This document shows positions 19,612-29,990 of a DNA stretch of 64,000 bases, piece by piece (positions within the stretch are counted from its first letter, which is position 1; the number at the start of each line of letters is the position of its first letter). Below the pieces are notes generated by a model. The model saw only the letters and a list, made by a program, of their open reading frames with translations. It had not been told where the DNA came from and ran no database searches. Source of the DNA: Pseudomonadota bacterium (lineage in GTDB: Bacteria; Pseudomonadota; Gammaproteobacteria; UBA1113); NCBI GenBank assembly GCA_021782495.1, contig JAJXUV010000001.1, forward strand, positions 374,637-438,636, written 5' to 3'. The translations under genes were made by a program, and so were the position numbers.

Positions 19612-21066
19612 TTGTCAATAGATTCTGGTTATTTGCGCCGATCTCTGAACAACAGTATAATTCAAGCAATCTTTTCAAAAACAGAGCATAAAATGGACAA
19701 AATTAGAATTTACTTTTTATCCAGTCTATTGGTATTCGGCATGGGGCTAAGTGTATCGCCCAGAATAGAGGCTGCAGATTCTTTAGATACCGTGGTTGCC
19801 GTGGTGGGCGACGATGTGATTACGCAAAGTGAATTAGACAAAGAAGTCAGTTACATCAAAACACAATTAAAACACAACCATACGCCTTTGCCGACCAATG
19901 CGGAACTTCAACATCAAGTCTTAGAAAGAATGATAGACCAAAAATTAGAGTTGCAAATGGCGGCTAAATTAAATATCAATATAGATGATGCCACCGTCGA
20001 TAAAGCGATTCAAACAATTACAGCTAAAAATCAAATGAATATAGATTCTTTAAGACAAGCACTACGATTAGATCACATCAATTATGATTTTTACAGGAAT
20101 CAGGTGCGAGAGCAATTGGCGGTACAACAATTGTTACAACGTGAAGTGGCGCCGCGCATTTACATCAGCAAACAAGATGTAGACAATATTTTGAATTCCA
20201 AAGGCTATCAACAAGCGCACGAAGCGGTGCAATACAATATCGAAGATATTTTGATTGCATTGCCCGATGAGCCATCTTCTGAACAATTGGCTGCGGCGAA
20301 TAAAAAAGCGCAAGACATCGTTAAAAAATTAAAAGCGGGCGCTAATTTCCAACAATTAGCCGTTGCGCAATCGAATGGTGAAGAAGCCTTACAAGGCGGG
20401 GCTTTAGGCTGGCGTACGCCCGAAGAATTGCCGCAAGTGTTTGTCGATGCTGTTCGAGGGTTAAGCCCGGGCGATGTGAGCGCGCCTTTGCGTGCTGGAA
20501 ATGGCATTCACGTGTTGCGTTTAGCTGGTGTGAAAAACAATGAACAAAAACACATCATTCAAGAAACCAATGTGCGTCATATTCTTATCAAAACCGATGC
20601 CATTAAAAGCGATGAAACAGTTCGTAAAGAATTGTTGGATTTGAAAAAGCAAATCGACAGCGGCGTGAGTTTCGAACAATTGGCAGAAAAATATTCTCAG
20701 GATCCTGGCAGTTCGGTTAAAGGTGGAAATTTGGGGTGGGTAAAACCCGGAGAATTGGTGCCGCCTTTTGAAAAAGCCATGAATGCTTTGGCGGTCGATC
20801 AAATCAGCGAACCCGTTAAGAGTGAATACGGTTGGCATTTAATTCAAGTCATGGGACGTCGTGACAAAGACGACACACAGGAATACAAACAAATGCAGGT
20901 AAAACGCATGTTGTTCGAAAGTAAAATGAATGAAAAAACACAAGATTGGATCAGACGTATGCGACAATCTACCTATATTAAAATTTATTTGCCAACAAAC
21001 GATCCCAAAGACGCATCAAAAACTTTTGAGGGCAATGCGCAAAATGATGAGGAAAGCGATTCTTAA
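19612..21066 (+). CDS. surA: Periplasmic chaperone / peptidyl-prolyl isomerase SurA
   Basis: Two parvulin domains (...GGALGWRTPEEL... and ...GGNLGWVKPGEL...). A signal peptide starts at MDKIRIYFLSSLL, which gives a likely true start at 19693. Confidence 0.85.
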   Translation: MSIDSGYLRRSLNNSIIQAIFSKTEHKMDKIRIYFLSSLLVFGMGLSVSPRIEAADSLDTVVAVVGDDVITQSELDKEVSYIKTQLKHNHTPLPTNAELQHQVLERMIDQKLELQMAAKLNINIDDATVDKAIQTITAKNQMNIDSLRQALRLDHINYDFYRNQVREQLAVQQLLQREVAPRIYISKQDVDNILNSKGYQQAHEAVQYNIEDILIALPDEPSSEQLAAANKKAQDIVKKLKAGANFQQLAVAQSNGEEALQGGALGWRTPEELPQVFVDAVRGLSPGDVSAPLRAGNGIHVLRLAGVKNNEQKHIIQETNVRHILIKTDAIKSDETVRKELLDLKKQIDSGVSFEQLAEKYSQDPGSSVKGGNLGWVKPGELVPPFEKAMNALAVDQISEPVKSEYGWHLIQVMGRRDKDDTQEYKQMQVKRMLFESKMNEKTQDWIRRMRQSTYIKIYLPTNDPKDASKTFEGNAQNDEESDS

Positions 21067-21849
21067 GTGAAAACTTTTATCCCAGCTAAAAAACGGTTCG
21101 GACAAAATTTTTTAAAAGACAATCGCGTGGTTTCTGCTATTCTAAATGCGTTTTCCGCGAAAGCAGGACAAAGAGTGGTAGAAATCGGTCCTGGGCGCGG
21201 CGCTTTGACGCAAGCACTCTTAAACAGCGGCGCTACGGTCGATGTGGTAGAAATCGACAATGACTTGGTGGCCGAATTGCAAGCGCGTTATCCAGCGCTG
21301 CAAGGGCATTTGCACCATCAAGATGCTTTGTCTTTTTCTCTAACCCAACTGCATTTAGACCAAGAAAAAGTGCGCATTATCGGGAATCTGCCCTACAATA
21401 TTTCAACGCCTTTGTTGTTTCATCTTTTAACGCAAAAAGAGTGTATCCAAGATATGGTATTCATGTTGCAACAAGAAGTGGTGGATCGCTTAGCCGCTCA
21501 ACCTGGTTGCAAAGCTTATGGCCGTTTAAGCATCATGATGCAATTGCATTGTCAGGTACAAGCTTTATTTAGTGTGCCACCGCAAGCTTTTAGCCCTCAA
21601 CCCAAAGTGATGTCGAAGATCGTGCATTTAGTCCCTTATGAGAAGCCTTTGTTTGTGCTTGAATCGATGACGACGCTGGAAAATATATTACGTGATGCGT
21701 TCAATCAACGCAGAAAAACACTGCAAAATAGTTTAAAAGCTTATTTTACAGCGGAAGCATTGACGGCTGTAGACATCGATCCACACGGTCGCGCTGAGCA
21801 ATTGAGTGTGGCCCAGTGGGTGCGGTTGGCGAATGAATTATTCAAATAA
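21067..21849 (+). CDS. rsmA: 16S rRNA (adenine1518/1519-N6)-dimethyltransferase
   Basis: 260 aa. KKRFGQNFLKD and VVEIGPGRGALT motifs. Immediately downstream of surA, as in the conserved surA-(pdxA)-ksgA arrangement. pdxA is absent here. Confidence 0.9.
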   Translation: MKTFIPAKKRFGQNFLKDNRVVSAILNAFSAKAGQRVVEIGPGRGALTQALLNSGATVDVVEIDNDLVAELQARYPALQGHLHHQDALSFSLTQLHLDQEKVRIIGNLPYNISTPLLFHLLTQKECIQDMVFMLQQEVVDRLAAQPGCKAYGRLSIMMQLHCQVQALFSVPPQAFSPQPKVMSKIVHLVPYEKPLFVLESMTTLENILRDAFNQRRKTLQNSLKAYFTAEALTAVDIDPHGRAEQLSVAQWVRLANELFK

Positions 21850-22998
21850 ATGCTTAAAATCATATTGCCAGGGCAAAATGCTCCATTCTTTGAACTTTAG
21901 TTTTTCATCGCCAGCATACACGATGTGGCCGCATTCGTGTGGTAGTTCGCTGATGGCGTGCCATTGTTGTAATCCTTTAACGAGGTCTTTGGTTAAGGTC
22001 ATCGTGGATTTCATTTCAAAAGCCAATAATTTACCGCCGTAATCTACTAATAAATCCACTTCATGACCACTGTGATCGCGCCAATAATAAATAGGCGCGG
22101 TTTTACCTTTGGCGAAAAAAGCTTTGACGATTTCTGAAATGATAAAGCCTTCGAAAATGGCACCTCGGCTGCTGTGAATCAGCAATTGTTCCGGCGATTG
22201 TAAACCCAATAATCTGCAAACAATGCCCGAATCGTAGAAATAAAGCTTGGGCGTTTTGACCAATCTTTTCTTAAAATTATTGAAATAAGGACGTAATTTA
22301 AAAACAATATAACTGGCTTCCAATATATTGAGCCATGTATTAGCCGTTGTTTGTGATATGCCGCAAGCTTGTGCAAGTGTTGTTAAATTTAATTGTTGTC
22401 CGTGCTGACCCGCACACAAACGTAAAAACAATTGAAATTGTGAAAGGTCTTTAATGTAAATAATATCGCGTACATCGCGTTCCAAATAAGTACGAACATA
22501 CGCATTGAACCATAAATCGGTGTCCAAATTTTCTTGGTAAGGTCTAGGGTAACTGCCATGGAATAAGTATTGCCATAAAGAAACCGATTTAAAGGGTTTA
22601 AATTCTTGATAGCTAAGCGGCAGCAATTCTAAAATAGCGACACGACCTGCCAGTGTTTGGCTAATGTGTTGCGACAATAAAAAATTTTGTGACCCAGACA
22701 AAATAAAATGCCCCGCTTTTTTTTGAGTGTCGGCATATTCTTGAATGTAAGAAAATAAGGGGGGAAAACGTTGGGCTTCATCGATGATCCAAGGTTTAGA
22801 GGTTTGGGTTAAAAAACCACGAGGGTCATCTTGTATTTGTAATAGTTTGTCAGGCGATTCAAGCGATACATAATGATAATCCGGAAAAGTAGATTGCAGC
22901 AAAGTGGTTTTGCCGCTTTGTCTGGGTCCGGTTAAGGCGGTGACAGGAAAGGACTGTACCGCTTTTTTCAATGTGGGTGTGAGAAGTCGATTAAACAT
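21838..22998 (-). CDS. AAA+ ATPase with DUF4143 C-terminal domain (COG1373 family)
   Basis: 386 aa. Walker A LTGPRQSGKTT. Walker B-like WIIDEAQ. The C-terminal half is typical of DUF4143. It is one of two paralogues in the window. Confidence 0.75.
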   Translation of the reverse strand: MFNRLLTPTLKKAVQSFPVTALTGPRQSGKTTLLQSTFPDYHYVSLESPDKLLQIQDDPRGFLTQTSKPWIIDEAQRFPPLFSYIQEYADTQKKAGHFILSGSQNFLLSQHISQTLAGRVAILELLPLSYQEFKPFKSVSLWQYLFHGSYPRPYQENLDTDLWFNAYVRTYLERDVRDIIYIKDLSQFQLFLRLCAGQHGQQLNLTTLAQACGISQTTANTWLNILEASYIVFKLRPYFNNFKKRLVKTPKLYFYDSGIVCRLLGLQSPEQLLIHSSRGAIFEGFIISEIVKAFFAKGKTAPIYYWRDHSGHEVDLLVDYGGKLLAFEMKSTMTLTKDLVKGLQQWHAISELPHECGHIVYAGDEKLKFKEWSILPWQYDFKHLFE

Positions 22999-23001
22999 AG
23001 T

Positions 23002-23067
23002 GGATTTTAGTATACACTAAAATCCTGTAAAATTCAAAGTACAACCTTGGATTTTACAGGATTTTAG
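23002..23067. promoter_or_regulatory. Nested palindromes built from GGATTTTA/TAAAATCC, immediately upstream of the DUF4143 ATPase start. Candidate operator or leader hairpins.
   Basis: Palindrome ggattttagt-atac-actaaaatcc at 23002-23025. 17-bp arms ctaaaatcctgtaaaat (23017-33) and attttacaggattttag (23051-67) around a 17-nt spacer. The first palindrome starts 4 nt upstream of the start codon at 22998. Confidence 0.4.
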
Positions 23068-23199
23068 ATTGAAATTGTAAACTAGCCATCCAGAGCAGAA
23101 AAGTGCTTATAAAATAAACTAAATAGCGGGAAAAAGTCAATTTTAAAGCATTCTAAATCGCCCACACATAGCCGAACGATGGTTTCTCTCTTAATTGTA

Positions 23200-23216
23200 C
23201 ACAAAGTTATCCACAG
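23200..23216 (+). promoter_or_regulatory. DnaA-box site 1 (perfect TTATCCACA at 23207-15 inside the 17-mer cacaaagttatccacag)
   Basis: Exact consensus DnaA box. A degenerate box ttgtacaca lies 3 nt upstream. The 17-mer is repeated identically at 23384-23400. Confidence 0.45.
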
Positions 23217-23383
23217 GCTGGCTGGCTACCAAAAAAGAAATTAAAAGACAAGCCCTTTTTAAAGATTTTATATAAAATTTTTTATATAGTTGATTTATAA
23301 GGATTTTTTAATAAAATTGAGCGAAGAGAGGACAATCTGTACTTATTTTAATTAATCTATCGGACGATATGTGAAAACTTAAC

Positions 23384-23400
23384 CACAAAGTTATCCACAG
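23384..23400 (+). promoter_or_regulatory. DnaA-box site 2 (perfect TTATCCACA at 23391-99). It is preceded by a one-mismatch box ttaaccaca.
   Basis: Identical 17-mer cacaaagttatccacag, 184 bp from site 1. An AT-rich stretch of about 90 bp (23250-23340) lies between them. priA starts 87 nt downstream. Confidence 0.45.
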
Positions 23401-23486
23401 AAAAAATATAAGATGCGGTAACACACACATTTTTGATAAACTAAGTCAACAGGCCCTAAATATCATCCTAACAGGCCCCTATTTAA

Positions 23487-25502
23487 ATGAATGAATTAGA
23501 AGTTTATCCGCTTATCGCCAAAGTCGCTTTAGACCTTCCTTTGCGCGTTTTATTCGATTATACCTTGAATGCAGAAGGTCCTATGCCGCAGCAAGGGATG
23601 CGTGTACGTGTGCCTTTTGGTGAGCAAACCAAAGTAGGGGTGATCGCGGCTTGCGCCACAGAATCCGGAGTGCCAGTCCATAAACTAAAGCGTGTTACGG
23701 CTATTTTAGACAATAAACCCTGTGTTTCAGAAGCGATTTTGCGTTTGTGTCAATGGGCAGCAGAGTATTATCACGCTTCTTTGGGCATGGTTCTCGCGGG
23801 GGCTTTGCCCAAACGGCTGCGCTTAGGCGAAGCAATGCCTGAAATAACAGCCCCGATCTTAAATAACGAAACTGATTTTTTACGAACAGCGGGTCATGAT
23901 TTAAATACAGAGCAAAAAAATGCTGTAGACAATATTGTTGCAAGTCTAGGACAATTCAAAACTTTTGTTTTGGATGGCATCACAGGCAGTGGTAAAACGG
24001 AAGTGTACTTACAAGCCATTGCTTGCGCTTTGCAACAAAGCTTGCAAGTGTTGGTCTTGGTGCCGGAAATTGGGTTAACACCGCAAATGATCGCACGTTT
24101 CACGGATCGGTTTAGCGTGCCTATTGCGTTAATGCATTCTAAGTTGACGGAGAAGCAACGTTTAAACCATTGGTTATCGGCTGCGAGTGGCGAAGCACGC
24201 ATTGTCATTGGCACGCGCTCCAGTGTGTGGGCGCTTATGCCGCAATTGGGATTGATCATTGTAGACGAAGCACACGATGCTTCTTATAAACAACAAGATG
24301 GCGTGCAATATTCCGCGCGCGATGTGGCTGTACAAAGAGCCTATCAAAGTGACATTCCAGTGGTGTTGGGATCAGCCACGCACAGTTTAGAAACTTTATA
24401 CAATGTCATTCAAAATCGTTTTTCTCCTTTGGTTTTACGTGAACGCGCTGGTACTGCACGTTTGGGACAATTTAAAGTCTTAGACATACGCAATGAACGC
24501 GTAGAAGAAGGCATTTCAAGGCGCTTACTTCAGGAAATTGCAATTCGTGTTCAAAGAGGTGAGCAAACTTTATTATTTTTGAATAGGCGGGGGTTTTCGC
24601 CTATTTTAATTTGTCATCATTGTGGTTGGGTGGTTCCTTGTTCGCATTGCGACAGTTATATGACGCTGCATTTATCGCCGGAACGTTTGCATTGCCATCA
24701 TTGCGATAGGGTGCGTAAAAAACCGAGAGAATGTTTGAACTGCCGAAGCGATGTGTTGATGCCAGTGGGTTTAGGCACTGAACGCATCGAATCGGTGTTA
24801 AGCAAAGCTTTTCCGAATACAGAGGTGTTACGCATAGACAGAGACACAACACGAAAAAAAGGCAGTTTAGAAATTTATTTGAAAGCGATAGAAGACACAC
24901 AACATTTAATTTTGGTCGGTACACAAATGTTGGCGAAAGGACATCATTTTCCCAATGTGACTTTGGTTGGAATTATAGACGCAGACAGTGGTTTGTTCAG
25001 TTCTGAATTTAGAGCCACTGAACATTTGGCACAATTGATTGTGCAAGTAGCGGGTAGAGCGGGGCGCGCGGAAAAACCCGGTGAAATTTGGATCCAAACT
25101 CGGCATCCAGAGCATCCTTTATTCAACATTTTATTGGAAAAAGGATACCATGCTTTTGCAAACCATATATTAGAAGAGCGTCAAGCAGCGCAATTGGCGC
25201 CTTACAGTTATATGGCAATTATTAGAGTAAGAGGACGAAAGCCAGAAATGTTAAAAGCCGTCTTGACAGGAGCGAAGAAAAGTATGGCAACTGCTTTAAG
25301 TGCTACCGTCCATTGTTTAGGACCTGCACCTTCACCGATGGAAAAACGCGATAAAACCTATCACTATCAATTGTTATTGTGGTCTTATCAACGTTCGGTC
25401 TTGCATCAAGCCTTGAAACAATTAAGCGATTTTTTAAGTACAAACAAACAAGCACGTACTTTGCGTTGGTCTGTGGATGTCGATCCCTACGATACTTTTT
25501 GA
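23487..25502 (+). CDS. priA: Primosomal protein N' (replication restart helicase PriA)
   Basis: 671 aa. Walker A GITGSGKTEVY. DEAH box IIVDEAHD. A Cys-rich zinc-binding region (CHHCGWVVPCSHCDSYMTLH...CHHCD...CLNC). Confidence 0.9.
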   Translation: MNELEVYPLIAKVALDLPLRVLFDYTLNAEGPMPQQGMRVRVPFGEQTKVGVIAACATESGVPVHKLKRVTAILDNKPCVSEAILRLCQWAAEYYHASLGMVLAGALPKRLRLGEAMPEITAPILNNETDFLRTAGHDLNTEQKNAVDNIVASLGQFKTFVLDGITGSGKTEVYLQAIACALQQSLQVLVLVPEIGLTPQMIARFTDRFSVPIALMHSKLTEKQRLNHWLSAASGEARIVIGTRSSVWALMPQLGLIIVDEAHDASYKQQDGVQYSARDVAVQRAYQSDIPVVLGSATHSLETLYNVIQNRFSPLVLRERAGTARLGQFKVLDIRNERVEEGISRRLLQEIAIRVQRGEQTLLFLNRRGFSPILICHHCGWVVPCSHCDSYMTLHLSPERLHCHHCDRVRKKPRECLNCRSDVLMPVGLGTERIESVLSKAFPNTEVLRIDRDTTRKKGSLEIYLKAIEDTQHLILVGTQMLAKGHHFPNVTLVGIIDADSGLFSSEFRATEHLAQLIVQVAGRAGRAEKPGEIWIQTRHPEHPLFNILLEKGYHAFANHILEERQAAQLAPYSYMAIIRVRGRKPEMLKAVLTGAKKSMATALSATVHCLGPAPSPMEKRDKTYHYQLLLWSYQRSVLHQALKQLSDFLSTNKQARTLRWSVDVDPYDTF

Positions 25503-26584
25503 GACTTTACCCACATCCACATCGGCAATACAATCAATAAGAAAGCACAAGACACACCGGCATAAGCCAAAGCCCTGATGAACAACCACGGTGCTAACAT
25601 TGCGATGGCAGTTGGCGGAACATAAGTTAATAACATTAAAAACATTTTAGGGCGAATGGTTCTAGGGATTTTTAAAGCCCCCGATAAAAAGTCCAATAGG
25701 GAAATCGAAACGCCTAAAAATGCGGTAAACGTGCAAATAGCGCCGAATAACCAAGCAAAACTGTGTAAAATAGCACTATTAGTGACGCTTTCCAATTGTT
25801 GCAATAAAGTAGCCGTGGTGTCTTGACTGTGCATCAAGGTGCTTAATTGTCCTCGATTCAATGCGCCATGCACACTCGCAATCCAAATCAAATACAAACT
25901 CAAGGGAATTAATCCGCCTAATAATACAATCCGAATAAGTCGCTTTTTGTCGAAATGCAAATACTCGCCGATGGCCGGTAAAATCATGCCATAACCGAAA
26001 GACGTGATCATCACTAAAAAACCATCGAAGGTGTAAGCATTTTGACCGAGGCGCAGATTTTCCCAGCGATCGCTGGGCATAATGCTCGCTATCAATAAAA
26101 AACAAGTGACAATTTTGATCAGCATAAACACGCGATTTAATTTATCGGCAGCGGCAATGCCTTGATAAACTACACTGCTTAAGAGCAAGGCGGTGAGCAG
26201 TAATGCCAGCGGTTTTGGAATGACGAGATGTAAGCGTGCGAGCAGCGCGTGCACGACGTCACCTGTCGCCACCGTGTAAGCACACAATAAACTGTATAGT
26301 AATAACAGTGAAAATAATAAGGTAACAAAAGAAATAAGGCGCCCGGTGGTTTTGCGTGCGAGTGGCATGATGCCGATGTGATCGCGATACTGCATTTGAA
26401 CGAAGACAATGGCCAAAGCACCTAAGGTCATTAAGGCCCAAGCCAGCAACAAGTACAAAGTGATGGCGATAAAATTTAATTCGCCCGTGACTGCCGGCAA
26501 AGCCAACATCCCGCCACCAATGGAAGTGCCGAGAATGAGGAGAAGAGAGCCTAATTCTTTGAATAGCATAGAATATCCTTTCAT
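25487..26584 (-). CDS. Aromatic amino acid permease, HAAAP family (TyrP/Mtr-like)
   Basis: 365 aa, about 11 transmembrane helices. N-terminal LGTSIGGGMLALPAVTGELNF is typical of HAAAP transporters. Confidence 0.7.
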   Translation of the reverse strand: MKGYSMLFKELGSLLLILGTSIGGGMLALPAVTGELNFIAITLYLLLAWALMTLGALAIVFVQMQYRDHIGIMPLARKTTGRLISFVTLLFSLLLLYSLLCAYTVATGDVVHALLARLHLVIPKPLALLLTALLLSSVVYQGIAAADKLNRVFMLIKIVTCFLLIASIMPSDRWENLRLGQNAYTFDGFLVMITSFGYGMILPAIGEYLHFDKKRLIRIVLLGGLIPLSLYLIWIASVHGALNRGQLSTLMHSQDTTATLLQQLESVTNSAILHSFAWLFGAICTFTAFLGVSISLLDFLSGALKIPRTIRPKMFLMLLTYVPPTAIAMLAPWLFIRALAYAGVSCAFLLIVLPMWMWVKSQKVS

Positions 26585-26665
26585 TTTTTATACAACTGGC
26601 GTGTACACTCAAACTAGTGCATAATAGAACTTATCATATCATATTTAAAATTCATGTGGTAAGTC

Positions 26666-27268
26666 ATGACAATTTGCGATTTTCACAAAACACTCTTTAT
26701 TAAAAGTGCCGCCGAATGGGAGCATTTACCCAATAATCCCATTATAGAAATTGCCTTTGCAGGTCGCTCGAATGCGGGAAAATCCAGCGCAATTAACACC
26801 ATCACTGGGTTAAGCAAATTGGCAAAAACCAGTAAAATGCCAGGCCGCACACAATTGATCAATTATTTTAAATTGCATGAAAGCTTGTATTTGGTCGATT
26901 TGCCCGGTTATGGGTATGCTAAAGTACCGGAAGCGGTGCGTGAACGCGTGCAACGCATGTTGGGGCGTTATATTTTAGAGCGTGCTGCCTTGTACGGATT
27001 GGTCGTGGTGATGGACAGTCGACATCCTTTAAAAGAAAACGATCGCATCGTCATCGATTGGGCTTTGGAGCGAGACATCGCTGTACATTTGTTACTAACC
27101 AAAGCGGATAAATTAAGCCATCAACAAGCCCAAGAAACCAAACGTGCCGTGGAAAAAACGTTTGTGGAACATCGCGATCAAATCAGCGTTCAATTGTTTT
27201 CATCGCTTAAAAAACAAGGTGTAGAAGAAGCGCGTGCGTGGATCGCTCAGTGGATAAAGGAGCCCTAA
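26666..27268 (+). CDS. engB: Ribosome biogenesis GTP-binding protein YihA/EngB
   Basis: 200 aa. G1 motif GRSNAGKSS. G3 motif DLPGYGYA. G4 motif TKADK. Confidence 0.85.
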   Translation: MTICDFHKTLFIKSAAEWEHLPNNPIIEIAFAGRSNAGKSSAINTITGLSKLAKTSKMPGRTQLINYFKLHESLYLVDLPGYGYAKVPEAVRERVQRMLGRYILERAALYGLVVVMDSRHPLKENDRIVIDWALERDIAVHLLLTKADKLSHQQAQETKRAVEKTFVEHRDQISVQLFSSLKKQGVEEARAWIAQWIKEP

Positions 27269-27271
27269 GCC

Positions 27272-29980
27272 ATGTCAAATAAGCCTACCGATCCACAACA
27301 TCCGTTCATTTTAGTCGATGGTTCTTCCTATTTATATCGAGCTTTTCATGCGCTGCCACCTTTAGTGAACAGCAGCGGGCAACCGACGGGTGCAGCTTAT
27401 GGTGTGATTAACATGCTGCGCAAATTATTGAAAGAATATACGCCGGAATATGCCGTCGTGGTGTTTGACGCTAAAGGAAAAACGTTCAGAAGTGACTTGT
27501 ATCCAGAATACAAAGCACACAGACCGCCGATGCCGAACGATTTAATCTGCCAAATTGAACCCTTGCACGCTTTAATCAAAGCGCTGGGCATTCCTTTGTT
27601 GATCGTAGAAGGGGTAGAAGCAGACGATGTGATTGGTACTTTGGTGAAAAAAGCCAAAGCCTTGCATTGGCATTGTGTGGTGTCTACCGGTGACAAAGAT
27701 TTGGCGCAATTGGTCGGAGCAGGTGTGACACTCATCAACACCATGAATAACACGGTACTAGATGAAACCAGCGTGCTTGAAAAATTTGGCGTGAAAGCGA
27801 CACAAATAGTAGATTATTTGGCTTTGATGGGAGATACCGTAGACAATGTTCCAGGTATTGAAGGGGTAGGTCCAAAAACCGCCGTTAAATGGTTGCAGCA
27901 ATATGGCAGTTTGGAATCGATTATTGAAAATGCCGATGAAATCAAAGGCAAAGTTGGCGACAATTTACGCGCAACGCTGGATTATTTGCCTTTGGCCAAA
28001 CAATTGGTGAGTATTCATTGCGATGTGACATTGCCAGTGACTTTAGACGATTTGCACCTTCAAACACAAAATCAAACCATGCTTGTAGAATGGTTGGAAA
28101 AAATGGAATTTAAATCTTGGCTAAAAGATTTAAATCAGAATGAAAAAAAAGAGATTATACCGGCATTGAGCACACAATATGAGTGTGTGTTAACGTGGGC
28201 GGATTTAGATCGCTGGTTGGATAAATTAAAACAAAGCACTTTATTCGCCATAGACACTGAAACAGACAATTTAGATGTGATGTTGGCCAATCTGGTTGGC
28301 TTGTCTTTTTCCGTATCGCCTTATGAAGCGGCTTATGTTCCTTTAACGCACGATTATTTGGGCGTGCCATCGCAATTAAAACGAGATGAAGTATTGCAAA
28401 AAATAAAGCCTTTGTTAGAAGACAAAAGCCTCACCAAAATAGGGCATCACATCAAATACGATATTAATTTATTTTTTCGTTATGGCATCGTGGTTCAAGG
28501 GTTTTTAATGGATACTTTACTCGAGGGTTTTGTTTTGTCTGCAGGTGGTAGAAATGACATGGATACTTTGGCCTTAAAGTATTTGGACTACAAAACCATT
28601 ACCTACGATGAAGTGACTGGCAAAGGCGCTAAGAAATTGACTTTCAATCAAGTGCCTTTGGACAAAGCCACGTCTTATGCTGCTGAAGACGCCGATGTGA
28701 CTTTGCGATTACACCAATATTTTTATCCGCGGCTACAACAAAATAAAACCTTATTGTCGGTTTACGAAACCATAGAAGCACCCTTGATTCAAGTGATAGC
28801 CCGTGTGGAACAAGCGGGAGTTCTAATTGATGGCGAGAAATTACGAAAACAAAGTGCCGATTTTGCAAAACAATTGGTGGAATTAGAAGAAAAAGCATTT
28901 CAATTATCAGGCGTTTCTTTTAACATCAATTCGCCCAAACAATTGCAAGAAATATTGTTTGTGAAAATGGGTTTGCCCGTTTTTGAAAAAACGCCTACTG
29001 GACAGGCTTCTACCTCGGAATCTGTTTTGCAAGAATTGGCACACGATTATCCTTTGCCCAAAATTATTTTAGAATACCGCAGCATCAGTAAATTAAAATC
29101 CACTTACACTGATGCTTTACCTTTGCAAATTAATCCGTACACGGGCCGTGTGCATACTTCTTATCATCAAGCGGGTGCTGCAACGGGCCGTTTGTCTTCG
29201 TCCAATCCCAATTTACAAAATATTCCAACGCGCACAGAAGCGGGGCAACAAATCCGACAAGCTTTTATTGCGCCAGAAGGCTGTGTGTTATTAGATGCCG
29301 ATTATTCGCAAATAGAATTGCGGATTATGGCGCACTTGTCTGCAGATGAAGGCTTGTGTTCGGCTTTTGCTGCGGGTATCGATATTCACCGCGCAACGGC
29401 TGCTGAAGTGTTCGGTGTTAAGCCAGATACGGTGACAGCTTTGCAAAGACGTCATGCCAAGGCAATTAATTTTGGTTTGATTTATGGAATGTCTCCTTAT
29501 GGATTGGCGCGACAATTGGATGTAGACAATACCACCGCCAAAGGTTATATGGACTTGTATTTTGAGCGCTATCCAGGTGTGCTTCGCTACATGGAACGCA
29601 CGCGTGTATTGGCGCGTGAACAAGGTTATGTGGAAACCATTTGGGGCAGGCGTTTGTATTTGCCGGACCTTCAATCTAAAAATAAAGGCTTACAGCGTGC
29701 GGCAGAAAGAGCGGCGATCAATGCGCCGATGCAGGGGAGTGCTGCCGACATTATCAAGCAAGCGATGATTCGCATTGATGAAGCCATTCGCGAACGAAAT
29801 ATTCAAGCTCGGATGATCATGCAAGTGCACGATGAATTGGTTTTAGAAGTACGTAAAGACAATTTAGATTTAGCGAAATCTGCTTTACGCACTGCCATGG
29901 AAGGTGTTGCTCAGTTGCGCGTTCCCTTAATCGTCGACATGGGTTATGGCGAGAATTGGGGTGTAGCGCATGGGGGGTGA
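27272..29980 (+). CDS. polA: DNA polymerase I
   Basis: 902 aa. 5'-3' exonuclease N-terminus (LILVDGSSYLYRAFHA). 3'-5' exonuclease domain. Polymerase motifs DYSQIELRIMAH, RRHAKAINFGLIYG and QVHDELV. Confidence 0.95.
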   Translation: MSNKPTDPQHPFILVDGSSYLYRAFHALPPLVNSSGQPTGAAYGVINMLRKLLKEYTPEYAVVVFDAKGKTFRSDLYPEYKAHRPPMPNDLICQIEPLHALIKALGIPLLIVEGVEADDVIGTLVKKAKALHWHCVVSTGDKDLAQLVGAGVTLINTMNNTVLDETSVLEKFGVKATQIVDYLALMGDTVDNVPGIEGVGPKTAVKWLQQYGSLESIIENADEIKGKVGDNLRATLDYLPLAKQLVSIHCDVTLPVTLDDLHLQTQNQTMLVEWLEKMEFKSWLKDLNQNEKKEIIPALSTQYECVLTWADLDRWLDKLKQSTLFAIDTETDNLDVMLANLVGLSFSVSPYEAAYVPLTHDYLGVPSQLKRDEVLQKIKPLLEDKSLTKIGHHIKYDINLFFRYGIVVQGFLMDTLLEGFVLSAGGRNDMDTLALKYLDYKTITYDEVTGKGAKKLTFNQVPLDKATSYAAEDADVTLRLHQYFYPRLQQNKTLLSVYETIEAPLIQVIARVEQAGVLIDGEKLRKQSADFAKQLVELEEKAFQLSGVSFNINSPKQLQEILFVKMGLPVFEKTPTGQASTSESVLQELAHDYPLPKIILEYRSISKLKSTYTDALPLQINPYTGRVHTSYHQAGAATGRLSSSNPNLQNIPTRTEAGQQIRQAFIAPEGCVLLDADYSQIELRIMAHLSADEGLCSAFAAGIDIHRATAAEVFGVKPDTVTALQRRHAKAINFGLIYGMSPYGLARQLDVDNTTAKGYMDLYFERYPGVLRYMERTRVLAREQGYVETIWGRRLYLPDLQSKNKGLQRAAERAAINAPMQGSAADIIKQAMIRIDEAIRERNIQARMIMQVHDELVLEVRKDNLDLAKSALRTAMEGVAQLRVPLIVDMGYGENWGVAHGG

Positions 29981-29990
29981 AAGATTCGTG

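Noticed and set aside
26259-26612. 117-aa ORF overlapping the HAAAP permease gene, plus other ORFs at 26179-26421 and 26409-26624
   Set aside because: These are alternative frames over a coherent 11-transmembrane permease, with His/Cys-rich nonsense composition.
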